A program made the translations under genes and the position numbers. The notes beneath the pieces were generated by a model. The model was not told where the DNA came from. It worked only from the letters and a program-made list of their open reading frames with translations, and ran no database searches. DNA of 64,000 bases, the filler included, from Globobulimina sp. (taxonomy: Eukaryota), in NCBI GenBank assembly GCA_003354225.1. It is 10 parts of 10 records of this genome, joined end to end, with 100 filler letters (N's around TTAATTAATTAA, not from the genome) between each part and the next. Parts side by side here need not be neighbours in the genome. Positions count along the whole stretch, not along the records: positions 38,776 to 45,124 come from PIVH01000307.1; positions 45,225 to 51,570 come from PIVH01000308.1; positions 51,671 to 58,014 come from PIVH01000309.1; 7 more parts are not named here. One strand, written 5' to 3'. This document shows, piece after piece, positions 44,119 to 57,080 of the stretch. Each line of letters opens with the position of its first letter. The stretch's first letter is position 1.

Positions 44119-45486
44119 AGCGACGCTCAGTCCATTCCGTTGTCGATGAGTGCGCGTATAAAGCCCCAGGCATATATGGCATTGTTGCATATGTTGTCTC
44201 GACTTTGACTTTCTATTCTGAGTAAATTAACATTATTATAATTATTTTACGCACTTATACTTATATATATTTTATAGGTATTTCTATTATGTGTATTTTG
44301 TTGAGATTGTTGTATTGTGTTTTGTATTATATTAATTATTGCTATTAAAGAGTTTTTACGCTGACTGAATAATCAAATTCGAAACAATATTATTCCAATA
44401 ATACTCATAAATAAATTCTAAGCCAGAAAAAGAAAGGATATACATTTCAAATTATAAAAATGCCAACGTCGAGCGAAGCGAGGTGTTGTCCGAGCGCAGC
44501 GAGGTGAGTCGGGATTAGTTTTTTCAAACTTTCTAAACAAGAATAAAATACCACAGACATCAATAACTTTATAAAGTTCAAACACACAAATTCGCAAAAA
44601 AATAATTGTAACAAACACAGTTCACACAGATATTGATTGTTGATATTTATAATATATGTTTTATTTTTCATTGATTGTTGAGCTTTCTTTTTTTGAGTAT
44701 TTTTCTCTTTGTAATTTGAAGCAATATATGAATATTTCTCGATTAGTTTTATTCAATTTCAATTCATGATTATAAATATTGATATCGATTCCATTTTTAA
44801 TTAAATATTATTGCTGAATTTGTAATTTTGAATCATGTCTGAGCAGGAAAGAGTTGATCAACAAATACTTGGAATAGCAATGATCGGTGTTGAAATACTA
44901 TATTTCCAACCATACACTGTCTGCATCTAACACATTATTTCCACTAAAACTTTACTTTTTTTTTTCTTCTCTCAAATGTTTGAATGTTTGCCATGGATAT
45001 TTGGCTTTTGGAGATAATAAACACAAAAAGTGCCGCTATAGAGGAAGCAACGTTGTTGACCCATCTGTCGCGATCCAATACGTCCATTGGTCAACTCCTA
45101 AAATAGGTTCAGCATTATTTACGGNNNNNNNNNNNNNNNNNNNNNNNNNNNNNNNNNNNNNNNNNNNNTTAATTAATTAANNNNNNNNNNNNNNNNNNNN
45201 NNNNNNNNNNNNNNNNNNNNNNNNCAGCAAATTTAGTTATCGCGAACAAATTTTTTGGAAATTTTGTTTGAGCTTCACAATAAACAAGAAGTTTAGTGGC
45301 GAGAAAACTATATTTGTATTGAAATAATGAGCACATTTGGAAAGAGAACCAAAAACAAGGAATTTAACCTAAATAATTTGACGACTTGCAGCCAGTTCTG
45401 GGCAAATCACTCTCCTGTAGTCGCCCTTCGAGCATTGCAGCTCACTTCAAGAAAACTTCAAAGAAATTAACAGAAACGAATCGACC

Positions 45487-47091
45487 ATGTCAGCACGATT
45501 CATTATCTTTATTATATCCATGGCCATGTTCTTGTTGCGATGCATTGCCGCAAAGCCAAACTATTGTCTTCCGGCAGACATTTGCTGGCCTTCTCCGACA
45601 GAGACCAATGCATTATCATCCTCGTTAGATGGCCAATTAGTCACTGCATTATCAAATCCGAGCTTATACGCATCATATGTAGACATGACAAGAGATAAAT
45701 TATTCTTAGCATATCCCGCATTCGTTGTGGTTTGTTTATCAGCACAAGATATTCAAAGAGCTGTGACATTTGCCTCATGGCATAATATTCAAATATCAAT
45801 ATGTTCCACAGGACATTCGTACAGTGGCCGCAATACAGCAAATTACAGTGTTCAGATTAATTTATCCAAAATGGCAAAATATAAAGTTGCTGCTGATGCA
45901 AGTACAATAACAGTGGAAACAGGAATGCATTGGGCTGAGATTTATGAAATTGTAGATTCTGTAAATCGTATCGTTGTTGGTGGCAGTGATCCTGATGTTG
46001 GCCCGGCTGGTTTTTCTTTGGGTGGTGGCCATTCGCCAATCAGCCCACACTACGGATTATCCTCTGATTTTACCACCGGATATTATCTGGTCGATGCACA
46101 TTCGAATATAGTTGATGTGTATAATACATCTGGCAAAAATCAAACGATTGATGACTTATTTTGGTCTTTAAAAGGTACAGTACAGTGTGTATTTTTTTAA
46201 TTTGTTTTATATGCACAGCAAACAGGTGGCGGCGGATCAACATTTGGAGTGGTTATAAATATAACATTTGCGTTGCATATTCCTCAACAACCACTCTCTG
46301 CGAATAAGTTTACGCACGTGACTTGTTTGTATAATTTTTATCAACATCCGTTGAGTAAACAAGGTTTTATGGCAGATTATATATTGCAAAACTATTTTGA
46401 TTTGGTGCGAACAAATGAATTGGATGCTAATTGGGGTGGATATCTCCTTTCGTATTTTGATGATGAATTTGTACTTTCTGTCTTATTTTATGGCAACGTA
46501 AGTTATGCAAAGCAAAACGGGCAACTTGTCACTATGTTAAGTTATCCGTATAATAATTCGGTGAATACCATATGCAGTATGGACGTATATGATACTTTTT
46601 GGGGCTATGAGTCTACAGTTCCGCCTATGGCACCATCTGTGGTGTGGGTATTTAATAGCTTGGTAGCAAAGAATAACTTAACCAATGAGTATGTGCAGGA
46701 TTTGACCGCGTTTTTAAACTCTTCCATTAATTCTACAGAGTTTGGCTGTGGAATAACTTTAATATTACAAGGCGGCAAAGTAAACGAAAGAGATGACGAT
46801 TTTACAGCGGTTACGCCTGCTTTCAGACATAATTGGTTTGAAGCATCGGGTGGCTGTGGATGGAGCAATCAAACATACGCTCAAATGGCAATTGACAATG
46901 CGAATAAATATGAAACAAAGTTAAGAGAATATGGATTAGGAATATATTCAAACGAGGAAGCTCCAGAATGTTTTGATGCTGATTGGAAACAACAATTTTG
47001 GGGCAATCATTACGAGAAATTATTGAATGTTAAAAAGAAATGGGATCCAAACCAAGTCTTTTGGTGTAACCATTGTGTTGGCAGTGATTAG
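45487..47091 (+). CDS. Secreted FAD-linked oxidase (berberine-bridge-enzyme-like); intron 46175-46225
   Basis: Signal peptide, CWP, TGHSYSGR, GFSLGGGHSP, DLFWSLK|GGGGSTFGVV, YSNE, FWGNHYEKLLNVKKKWDPNQVFWCNHCVG. Confidence 0.92.
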
Positions 47092-47177
47092 TGATTAGTA
47101 TACTTGTATTTTAATTAATATTTTAAATATATACGGTTTTTGAACTAAGATTAAAAACAGCTTAAATAATCTTAAAA

Positions 47178-48329
47178 ATGGCACTACGAAAAATGAAAAC
47201 ATTGAAATTCAAAATAGTTATTTTGTTGTTGATTACATTGGTTCTGATGATTTACTTGAAATACATCCACGATTACGAACCATTTGAATCTATTTCCTCT
47301 CTGCAGAAACTACAAATAATTGAAGGGTTCGATATCGATTGTAATCAATGGAATGACATTAAAAATATAATAACAATTAGCGATGTAACCAATGCAACAA
47401 TGGTTGACACCATTAATTATTTAAATAAACTGTATTGCCACAGAATCAATCAGCACCCTGAACAATACATTGATGATTACACAAAGCAGAAAACATTTGA
47501 TATTGCACACGTTTTCAACATATACAAAACTGACATTCACGATTATTCATATTTGTTGATTGCAGCTCCAGTGACATTTGTATCTATGCTCCGAGCAAAA
47601 GAACAAGCGTTGAAATATAACATATCCGTTGGTATATACTCTGCAAATTATGTGCAAGACAATGCTGTGGTACCTATATTTATTAATAAATTGCCCGCCT
47701 TACAACGCTCATTAAAGGACAGCATTTGGGCACAAAATTTAAGTGTCAAACCGAAAAAATTGCCGTTTATCTCAGATATTATGGATTCTTTGTATGATAA
47801 TGTCAATTCAAAATATATTATTTATACAAATGCGGACATTGGATTGCAACCTAATTTCTATGTCGATGTGATGAAGTTATTAAAAAATAATTCGTTTGAA
47901 AATGGTGTATCAATCACAAGAAAGACTATCGATTATATATCTGATCGGAATGGAGAGTTATTGACATTTTTAAATCTCAATGATATTTATAAAATGGGTT
48001 TGCATGGAACTGCTCATGGAGGACATGACTGTTTTGTGATGAAAAGAGAGATTTGGAAACTGATAAGAATGGAAAATATATTTTTAGGATATCCCACCAT
48101 CGGCAAAACATTGATGAAACAGTTAATGAGGTTCCCACGAACAGATATACTTCGCTCTGAATATTTAACATTTCATATTGGTGCTACGAGAAGAATGTCA
48201 AAATGGTTTACAAAGAATGGATGGAAAACAGAAAATCAATCTGTTAAATACGATAATGTGCATCATCAACATAGTCAGTTAAATAGGATGTTTTGTGATA
48301 TTATTTTGAAGCGATATCATCTAAAGTAA
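47178..48329 (+). CDS. Type II membrane glycosyltransferase-like protein
   Basis: N-terminal signal anchor; KLPFISDI, IIYTNADIGLQPNFY, HGGHDCFV, TFHIG. Confidence 0.6.
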   Translation: MALRKMKTLKFKIVILLLITLVLMIYLKYIHDYEPFESISSLQKLQIIEGFDIDCNQWNDIKNIITISDVTNATMVDTINYLNKLYCHRINQHPEQYIDDYTKQKTFDIAHVFNIYKTDIHDYSYLLIAAPVTFVSMLRAKEQALKYNISVGIYSANYVQDNAVVPIFINKLPALQRSLKDSIWAQNLSVKPKKLPFISDIMDSLYDNVNSKYIIYTNADIGLQPNFYVDVMKLLKNNSFENGVSITRKTIDYISDRNGELLTFLNLNDIYKMGLHGTAHGGHDCFVMKREIWKLIRMENIFLGYPTIGKTLMKQLMRFPRTDILRSEYLTFHIGATRRMSKWFTKNGWKTENQSVKYDNVHHQHSQLNRMFCDIILKRYHLK

Positions 48330-48432
48330 TTATAACACACTGTAACTTAGTAATTAGTAGATGTTATTTCAGTGTTCAGTGTTCAGTGTTCAGTGTTCGG
48401 TGTTTTGTTATCCAGCTGAAAACATGCAAAGA

Positions 48433-49753
48433 ATGTCAAACACAAAACACAAAGTATGTAACTGTTTATTTTCACTATGAAAATACGTTACGTCTCTTGC
48501 TGCTTCATCGTTACAGAAAGCTCAATTATGGAAGGATATGCAACCGATCTTGGCACAACATCCTAATGTTAATTCGTTTTTGTTTTTTTTGCAATTTTAC
48601 ATTTGATTGCTTATACATTACTGATTAGGGAATCGAAATGAAAGCATTGTATAAAAAATTAAATGCCTACAAATATTCACATCAATTCGTTTGTGATTTT
48701 ATAGGTGAAATGCATAAAACGCATTGCCTGATTAGTTATTTATGTTCGGCGCCATTAATAATCGCAATGCGGCGAGCCAGTGTTGCAAATAAATTAAAAA
48801 AACTAACAACTGAACAATATAATGTTTACAATCAAATTGAAAAGACGCAATCTGACGGCATTCTAATTACCAAATTATCACAAAATGCCAGTATGCCCGG
48901 TTCAAAATGTAGCAATATAATAAATAAAGTGTTGGAAAAGGAAGGCTTAGTGTTAAAAAATACAAATTCTAGCACATTTCAAAAATTTTATTATGCGGCA
49001 ACATTCAAACTGCCACCACATTTAACTGGAAATGGCTCCATTTTTTTTACCCCAAAAGGGACCATTGATGAGATTTTTTTTCTTAATATTTTAGAAGCAG
49101 TGGAGAAAAAAATAAAAGAACAATCACAATCGGGCGGCACTGGCATTTCAACGTTTGAGTTGCAGCCAATCTGTGATGCGTTGATCAAAGACGAGGCCGG
49201 GATCCCTTTGAGTGACATCGAATTGATTTTGCAAATGTTATTATATGAAAATAAAATAAGTATCGTTGCCTCCACAGTACCGACTCACGAATTGGATAAA
49301 TTTATAACTCACTCAAAGAACACATACTATCACTTAATGGAATCTATACAAAATATCAGAAACAAAGAAGCGAAGCAAGAAAATCAAAGTAATAAAAGGA
49401 AAATAAGTCAAACAAATACGTCAAATAAAAGAAGGAAATTAAATAATTCAAATTCAATCACAATTGCGTACGATGTAATTGATGAGAAACCGATTAAAAA
49501 TGAGAAAGGTGATGGGAAATTGAAATGGAATCAGGATAAGAATAATACAAATAACTCGCAAACCGATGTGGGGAATGTAGGAATAGGAAAATACGCACAT
49601 ATTAAATTTAGGTACAATAACTATAGCTATTCAGATGCGTCACCTTTTGCAGACATACCGTGTCAATCATGTCCTGTGGCGAGTACTTGCTCTGATGATG
49701 GGATTATAAATCCCGTTGAATGCATTTATTTGAATGCATGGCTGGATCTGTAA
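48433..49753 (+). CDS. POLR3F: RNA polymerase III subunit RPC6 (C34/C39); probable introns 48454-48516 and 48568-48628
   Basis: Winged-helix repeats (LKKLTTEQYNVYNQI, LSDIELILQMLLYENKI) and C-terminal Fe-S motif PCQSCPVASTCSDDGIINPVECIYLNAWL. Confidence 0.88.
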
Positions 49754-49808
49754 TCTGTTCATTTAAATATAAGTTGTTACAGTTACGTTGAGTGCAAGGA
49801 TAATGTCA

Positions 49809-50292
49809 TCAAAACCTCAAATTTTCAGATACGGCGGACATATTTTGTCTATTCATGGACGACATGTTCATTGCAGAATATCCTGAAAAATTATTCCAAG
49901 TTCGGCTTCTGTTGCTGCTGATGGCCTCACTCTGACTCATTGTATTAGTCGCAGTCGTTGTGACTGTGTTACTTATTGTGTTAAAATTCTGTTTTGTCTT
50001 TACATTTTGATTATTTCTTGCATATTGTTGCAATAATGTTCCTTTTTGAAGGTTTATTTTAATCTGAATTGGTCTGTCATAATCTGATTGTGTATCAAAT
50101 GGTTGTCTTTGCCGTTTGCTACCATATTCAATCGTTGATTCATCCTAAATATAGCCAGTTACAGTATAAATAATATTTATTTACATAATAAAGTAACGTT
50201 CAAACTTTAGATCTATTGATCCGTCGATAAGATGGATTTTTCGTCGGTTGTGGATCCAATAACTGTTGAAACACGCTTTGAGTTGTTGCCAT
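49809..50292 (-). CDS. Small spliced hypothetical protein
   Basis: ATG at 50292, a short AT-rich intron near 50145-50205, then an open frame to 49809. Confidence 0.4.
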
Positions 50293-50361
50293 GTTGAAAA
50301 ACAGCAAAAAAAACTTCTGAAGACTGAAGCACTAAAGTTACGAAGTTAAGTGATTCATAAT

Positions 50362-51213
50362 TCATATCACGAAACCACACTCTTTAACAGTGATTCTTTG
50401 TTCGTATAAAGCACTTGCTTCAAATGATATAACTATCGCAATATACTCAGATAATTTTACCTTGAACAATGGATATTTTTCATTATTGGACATATAAACT
50501 GCTCCAATTTGTGCTTTCATATCAACCACGACAGTCACACAGTTTCCAGATACAAATTGAGTTGATTCCACATCCATTTTATGATTTTTATCATTGTCTG
50601 GCGACTCTGGCTCAAACTCATGCGTTACAAATCCAAACCGAATTTGTTTTCGACTTACTTGCAACAATTCAAATACAACACGAAATTTTCTTTCATCTTT
50701 GGCATATAAAAAATCACCAAATAAAACAGATATTTCCCCATCAAATAATACAATTACATTAACAGTGAATCCATTGTCTGCAATAACTATTTTATCACTC
50801 ATACCAATGATACCATAAAAACTAAACTCCGCACAAAATGATGCAATAAAACGGAAAACCGCATCATCGATTTTATTGTAGGTTGATAAACCAGCATAAT
50901 ATCGACATTCTGCACAACTTATCCAATAATATTGATCTTGAGTTGCAAACGATAATTGCAAAGCGAATGGAGCTTCAAAACTGGATAAAACTTCATATTC
51001 TTCAGACATTTCATTCATTGCATATAGATCAAGTTGTAATGAATAATGTTTATTAGATTTCAAAGTAGTTACTTTCAAAGTATACTCCATTTTGTCTGCT
51101 GTTAAAGGAATTAACTCCTCCTCCCGAGCAAAAACAGAGAATGAAGTATCCTTAGCATGCATTTCAACACATTTCGGATGAATAAAAAATTCAGTCTTAT
51201 TAGTTACTGCCAT
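50362..51213 (-). CDS. Hypothetical protein with SPRY-like C-terminal beta domain; further 5' exons likely
   Basis: IRFGFV...GNCVTVVVDMK...IAIVI beta-strand pattern. Confidence 0.5.
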   Translation of the reverse strand: MAVTNKTEFFIHPKCVEMHAKDTSFSVFAREEELIPLTADKMEYTLKVTTLKSNKHYSLQLDLYAMNEMSEEYEVLSSFEAPFALQLSFATQDQYYWISCAECRYYAGLSTYNKIDDAVFRFIASFCAEFSFYGIIGMSDKIVIADNGFTVNVIVLFDGEISVLFGDFLYAKDERKFRVVFELLQVSRKQIRFGFVTHEFEPESPDNDKNHKMDVESTQFVSGNCVTVVVDMKAQIGAVYMSNNEKYPLFKVKLSEYIAIVISFEASALYEQRITVKECGFVI

Positions 51214-52058
51214 TTCTGCTTTGAATGATATCTAAAACGTACATTTTTATGGGTAATGTTGGAATATATGGTATATGGAGAATTTACATAACAATTGGTC
51301 CATTAGGCCGAACAGAAATGATTTCCAAGTCGTAAACATTTGGAAATTGTTCACAACTGTCCATCATCATCATCGCGGCTGTCCAGAATAGACCAAAAGA
51401 ATTCGAATTTGGGAGTGAAGTGGTTTTGTGTACATAGTACGTGTTTTTGAATGTGAACCTTCCAAAGAAGATTCATTTGCATAAATTGAAATAAATTGCA
51501 TTCGCGAGGCCAATCCACGGTAACCTTTAGTAAAAGGCGAAAGATTAGTTCGTTTTGAATTAACCTCTGCNNNNNNNNNNNNNNNNNNNNNNNNNNNNNN
51601 NNNNNNNNNNNNNNTTAATTAATTAANNNNNNNNNNNNNNNNNNNNNNNNNNNNNNNNNNNNNNNNNNNNAAAATAAAGTTTGTTGAAGAAAACTCGTAA
51701 GTAAAATGCAAGTAAGGATACAACACAATTTTCAACACAAATCATAACACTGCGTTTTATTTATACTACGTAGAAATAAAACTCCGTATTATAATTTAGT
51801 TTAGAAAAAGGACAAGGAATAAGAAAATAATTAATTTAAAATAATAATGGGTCATACACGACATTGTAAACAATCGGGAAAATATAGAATAATAAAAAAG
51901 TAATATAATAGAAAGAAATAGAATTTATTTTAATAAATACTATTTCATAAACCCCGATTGCCCGCGTGTAACGTGAAAAAATTTTAATGTTGCCTAGAAT
52001 GTTAAAAAATTTTTAGAGGCAAACCTATTTCACGAATAAAAGGAAACTAGCATTAAAT

Positions 52059-53323
52059 TTATTTTTTGTTTTTGATTTGTTGGTAACAAAATTTACGGTC
52101 TTCACATTTTGCCCAAGGATCAAAAACAACGCTTGTTTGTAAGAATTGTTTATTTTTTGTATTTAAATCATTATTGGGACCATGAATCATATGATGGACG
52201 AAACGACTAAGACAAATAGCATCTGGTCTAATATATCTCATGCTGATGTCTGGTAATTTTGCATCGCTCCATCCAACATATTTTAAAATAAGTCCGTGTG
52301 CAATGCCTACTTGGGACGCTCTTGTTGTTCCCCCAATACGTGAACTATAGGCAGCATATCTATGAGGTTCAACAATATAATTATTATTTGCTGCAACCAC
52401 TTCTTTGATTATTTTAGATAAATGTGTTGTTCTTACATTTTTTCCTGAAGTCCACACAAAAACATTATTGTTAGTAGACAGGATAAGGTTCTGTTGTCTT
52501 CTTGTTTTTGGTAAAGTTGATACCAAAGTTTGTCTACGTTGTAAATAAACTTTTAAGAGACGCAAAGGATTTAATAATTTGCAAGGACAGGAATGGTTGG
52601 AATTTAACGCATTGGAACAATATGAATGTCCAACATATAGAAGTTTGGAATCATTCAAGGATTTCATGGATTTGTGGGATACCACTTGAATTTGAGCAAA
52701 ATGTGTGATTGGATTGGATGGATTTGGTTTTATAAAGGATAGATGTTTAAATTTTAATCCTTGTTTTGTGATGGAATAATGGGATGATAATAATTCTGAT
52801 GGTCTAGACATGGTAAAAAAGTATAATTGTATTATTAAAACACGCAGGAGATCATCTAAAGGAATTGTAAAATAATGATTAATGACACACTTTAATTTCA
52901 ATGTATAACGGATTATGTGTTTAATTTTTAAAGGAAGTCTGGAATCAGAGGGCTTATCGAAACGTTTTATTGCTGCGGATTTGAAGGTTGTATATTCTGA
53001 ATCGGTGTTAAAGGTTGGATCAATTGCAGCTGCTTTGTGAAGCCAAAGAAGCATAGCTTGCGATTGTCGAACGCAATTTGTATTATTTGCTTGTTGTATT
53101 CTATCTGCAATCCAAAATAAAGCCAGGGATGGATTAGTTGGTAGTTTGAAAGGATTCTCTTTCAAAGTAACGCAATAAAATACCCAATTTCTTAATTGTG
53201 AAATGTATTGTATTTTAGTGCCGATACAATTTTTTAAATTATTAGTTTCTACAATGAAATTTGCTGTGTCTGGTTTCTTTTTTGAGAGCGAGTGTGTTTT
53301 AAAGAAACGTTTTTTGTACCAAG
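52059..53323 (-). CDS. Tyrosine recombinase of element B (predicted exon from TAG acceptor at 53324)
   Basis: MSRPSELL, AYSSRIGGTT, VGW, SMRY, FDPW; the frame opens just upstream of the acceptor and has no ATG until well inside the conserved region. Confidence 0.92.
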
Positions 53324-53401
53324 CTATATAAAATTAAACAAAGTTAGTCTTTTACAATGGAAACTTTGTAAAGAGAATATAAAGAATAAATAAAGGCATA
53401 G

Positions 53402-55269
53402 TTATAAAGTAAAGTTGTTTGCATAATTTGGATAAGGAGTATTTGCTCTAATTTTTAAAGGTAATTGCAAGTAATCTATGAATTTATTATATTCAATTTC
53501 GTCATAATTATGATCATGGATCTGATCATTTGATATTGAAATTTGGTTATTTAAGAATTTAAAATTTGTATAATAGATTGTTTTTGTTTTGGTATTGGAT
53601 ACATTGAGATTAAAATCATTGATTATGCTCCAAAATTTGTTTAAATCATTTCTTGATAATGCATCGGATAAACCATTGGTTGTGGAAGGAATCCAATCGA
53701 TGTAAGCAATGAATTTATATTCGAGCATCAAAAAGCATAATTCATAAATGAATAACATTAGATTGAAGGAGGAGGACCATTTATTTTTAACTGCGTAGAA
53801 ACATGATTCGTTATCAACAAATAAATGGATTTTTTTTCCTGTCAAGTAATGACGGAAAGTAAAGAGGGCTGAAAGTATAACATGGGCTTCTTTTTGGTTA
53901 ATGTGCCAATTTTTGGTATGGTTATCATTAAAATAATAAGAGGACCAATACCCAGCAATGATATAACCGCCCTGTGATTGTGATGCATCTGTTGATGCTG
54001 AAATATCTGTATTATAATTCATTATTATTTCGGACATTGGTATATTTAAAATTTGATCAGCAAAATAATACCAATATCGTAAATCATTTATGATGGAAAG
54101 AGGTAAAATAAAATCATGGCTTTTTGGAAATATACCGGATCGAATATTTTGATAAATAAATTGTAACAAATTCCAACATAATGCTTTTGTTGGTTGTTTT
54201 AATTGGGCCCAATGCATAATGGTTCCACAGAGGGATTCAAGGGCAGCACCTGAAATGACTCTATATTTCATGGTATAATGGATTAATTGTTTGATATTTT
54301 TATATTTGATTGGAGGAATACCAATGGTTTTGTTTTTTAAATCAAATAATATGCCATAAAGAACTGATTGTTGGCAAGTTTTTATAAAACCAGTTTCTTT
54401 TAAGGAAACCTGGACATTTAATTCTTTCATTAACGAATCAAATCTCCGTTCCATTTCAATACAGTCTGTTTCTTTTATGGCTCCTAATACAAAATCATCG
54501 ATATGTACTAAGGTTTTATTTCGCCAATTATCTTCAAATACTTTGTTGTCTAAAATCCAAATTAAAACTTGTGCAAAATACTGGCAATTTGCCGGGGCGG
54601 AGGATATACCGTATGGTTGTTTTCTATCTCTCCATAGTAAACCAAAAAGAGAGTAACAAATATAGTTAGAATCTTCTTCGCAAAGACCAATTTGGCGAAA
54701 GAAGTCAGATAAATCGCGAATTGCAAAAAAATTACAATCAATCAAAGTTTTAATATATTGTTTTAAATTTGGAAGGGATGGAATTTTGCATTTAATTGGA
54801 CGAATCCATTCATTTATGGAAGATGTAGATTTTGTTTTAAAGGAACCGTTTCTGATTATACGGAATTTGGTATATCTTCCTTGTCCATCTTTTTTAGGCA
54901 CACAAAATATCATAACTATATACTCAGGATTGCCGAAAAATGGTTCAATTTGTCCATCTTCAGCTTCCTTAATCATTTTATCTAAAATTGCCAATGCTTC
55001 TTCAGGCGTATTGGCAATATTTGATATTTTTGTGCAAAGATTATTGGGTTTAGTTAATGGTTGTTTCTTTGCTTTAAAATGTGTTTTTAACCATAATGGG
55101 AAACCAACCGTTATCCATTTGATATCGGATTTATATTTAGGTTTGCCTTGTAAATATTTTTCAAAGGCTGGGAGATTAAGTTGATTTACAAATTTCGATG
55201 GTTGGTTATGGAGATCCGTGAATTTTTTGAGTCTTGGTTTTAGCTCTTTTGCAAAGTTAGTGTCATATT
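53402..55269 (-). CDS. Reverse transcriptase-RNase H of element B (predicted exon from CAG acceptor at 55270)
   Basis: The frame extends upstream of the ORF call through LNLPAFEKYL...GFPLWLKT (shared with element A); RDLSDFFRQI, QPYGISSAP, HIDDF, STDAS, NQKEAH, FVDNE, SDALSR. Confidence 0.95.
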
Positions 55270-55473
55270 CTGTATATTTAACAAAAACCTCTTTTAGTTC
55301 ACAATGTAGGATCTTTTAATGTCGTCGAGAGGGACGGTGTGTTGTAGAGGGTTGGTATTAGACATAATTGCTACGAAATAGTCAAAAAAGTTCATTGGTA
55401 AATGAAATTGGCAAATTACTATTAAATTATCCCACACACACAGGTAAAGAGTAAAAATATATTAATATATAAA

Positions 55474-56618
55474 TTAAAAGGAGAATTCGCTGAATTTCTT
55501 AATATATGATTTCTGAATGTTTGGTTTCGATTTTGCAGTCTCACAATTTTTGAACGTATGATTCTGATCCGGATGGAATGCACAGATATGTTTAAATTGA
55601 TCATTATTAGTTCCACATTGGTTTCGTGGATTGGAGCATGATCCGAGAAAGAAGCGCCACATACAACAATCTGAAGGACATGGCACACCATATTCACTCA
55701 TACATTCATGGCAACATCGACGGAAATTTCTTGTTTTTTCTTTCGACGCATAATAACTGTTTTGGCTCTGATTATTGTTTTGATTTCGATTATTTTGATT
55801 GCGATTATTGGGAAATCGATTATTGCTGTTGTTTGGATATCGGTTGTTTGGATTATTATTATTCTGAGTGTTATTGTTGTTATTTCTGTTATTATTGTCA
55901 TTGGGATATCGATTATTGTTATTATTCGAATAATTGTTGTGATTGTTGCGATTATTGCGATTTCTATTTGGTTTATTACCGTGATAATTGTTCGGATATT
56001 CATTGGAATGGACAGGTTTTTGATTATCAATAAAAATGTTGAATTTTTTCCCTTTTTCAAATTCATCCATTTTGAAATCAGTGAATGTACTCAAAAGGAA
56101 TTGGATTACATTATTTCGCGCGGCAACATTATTAAATTGGTCAGTATAATAATTATTATCTATCAAGAGACTAAATGGAGCATTGTGATCTAAATAATAT
56201 TCAAAAATCTCAATGGTGGCTGCCCAGAAATTCACAACATTAAAATATGGTTTTTTACAGTATGGAGTTATTTTCTCTTTGAATAAGAAAATGCTGGCTT
56301 TACAAATTTGAATCCAATCGACCAAGATATTGTTAATGACGGGGTTTGGTTTTGCGTAATTATTTAGCGCTGACAATACGAAATCCAATGTATGTGTCCA
56401 TGCATCGAGAATGAAGAATAATGCATGTTTGGATTTAAACGATGAATATATTTCTTTTGTGGTGGAACTAATATCGGACATGTTATAATTCTCAGATAAA
56501 TGTTTAAGTGTTGAATGCAACAATTTAGGAATGCTAAAATCTTCTCTTGTTGCAAATCCCGTGAAAAATTGAATTACATCATCTCTTGCTTGTCGTTTTT
56601 GTTTGATTTGTGTGGGGA
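55474..56618 (-). CDS. Gag-like zinc-finger protein of element B (predicted exon from CAG acceptor at 56619)
   Basis: Asn/Arg-rich linker, then CMWRFFLGSCSNPRNQC...KH and CAFHPDQNHTFKNC, matching the element A fingers. Confidence 0.82.
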
Positions 56619-57080
56619 CTGTAAATTGTGTTATTTAAATTGAATTATATTGTAAACAATTTCGCAGGGTTTACTTTGGTAAAAGCAACTTAGTTGACTT
56701 AGGTAAAAGTGTTTTTATTCGCAGCTACAGGTACTTTGGTAAAAGTAGTTAGTAGGAATAAAAGTGTTTTCATAGATAATGTATACAAAAAGGCAGAATA
56801 AACATAATCGGAAAGATGAAAAACGGAATGTACACAATATAAAGCACCGTACAATGGAGATTAATCCAAGAATGAGAAAGGCGGTATCATTCTATGCGTG
56901 TACAGAGACCCAGCTGCAGTACAGTGACATATTGTGAATAGCCAACCAAAAACACCTCAAACAGTAAGCCAAAGGCAGGTAAGTTATAAAGCAAAGATAG
57001 GAAAATAGAGAGTTTTCAATTTAATTTTGTGAGCACAATAATTAAACGAGAACAATAAAAGTTATATTATAAATATAAAC

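Noticed and set aside
55626-56193. Cys/Tyr- and Ile-rich ORFs overlapping gag of element B
   Set aside because: Shadow frames of the AAT/AAC-rich Asn tract.
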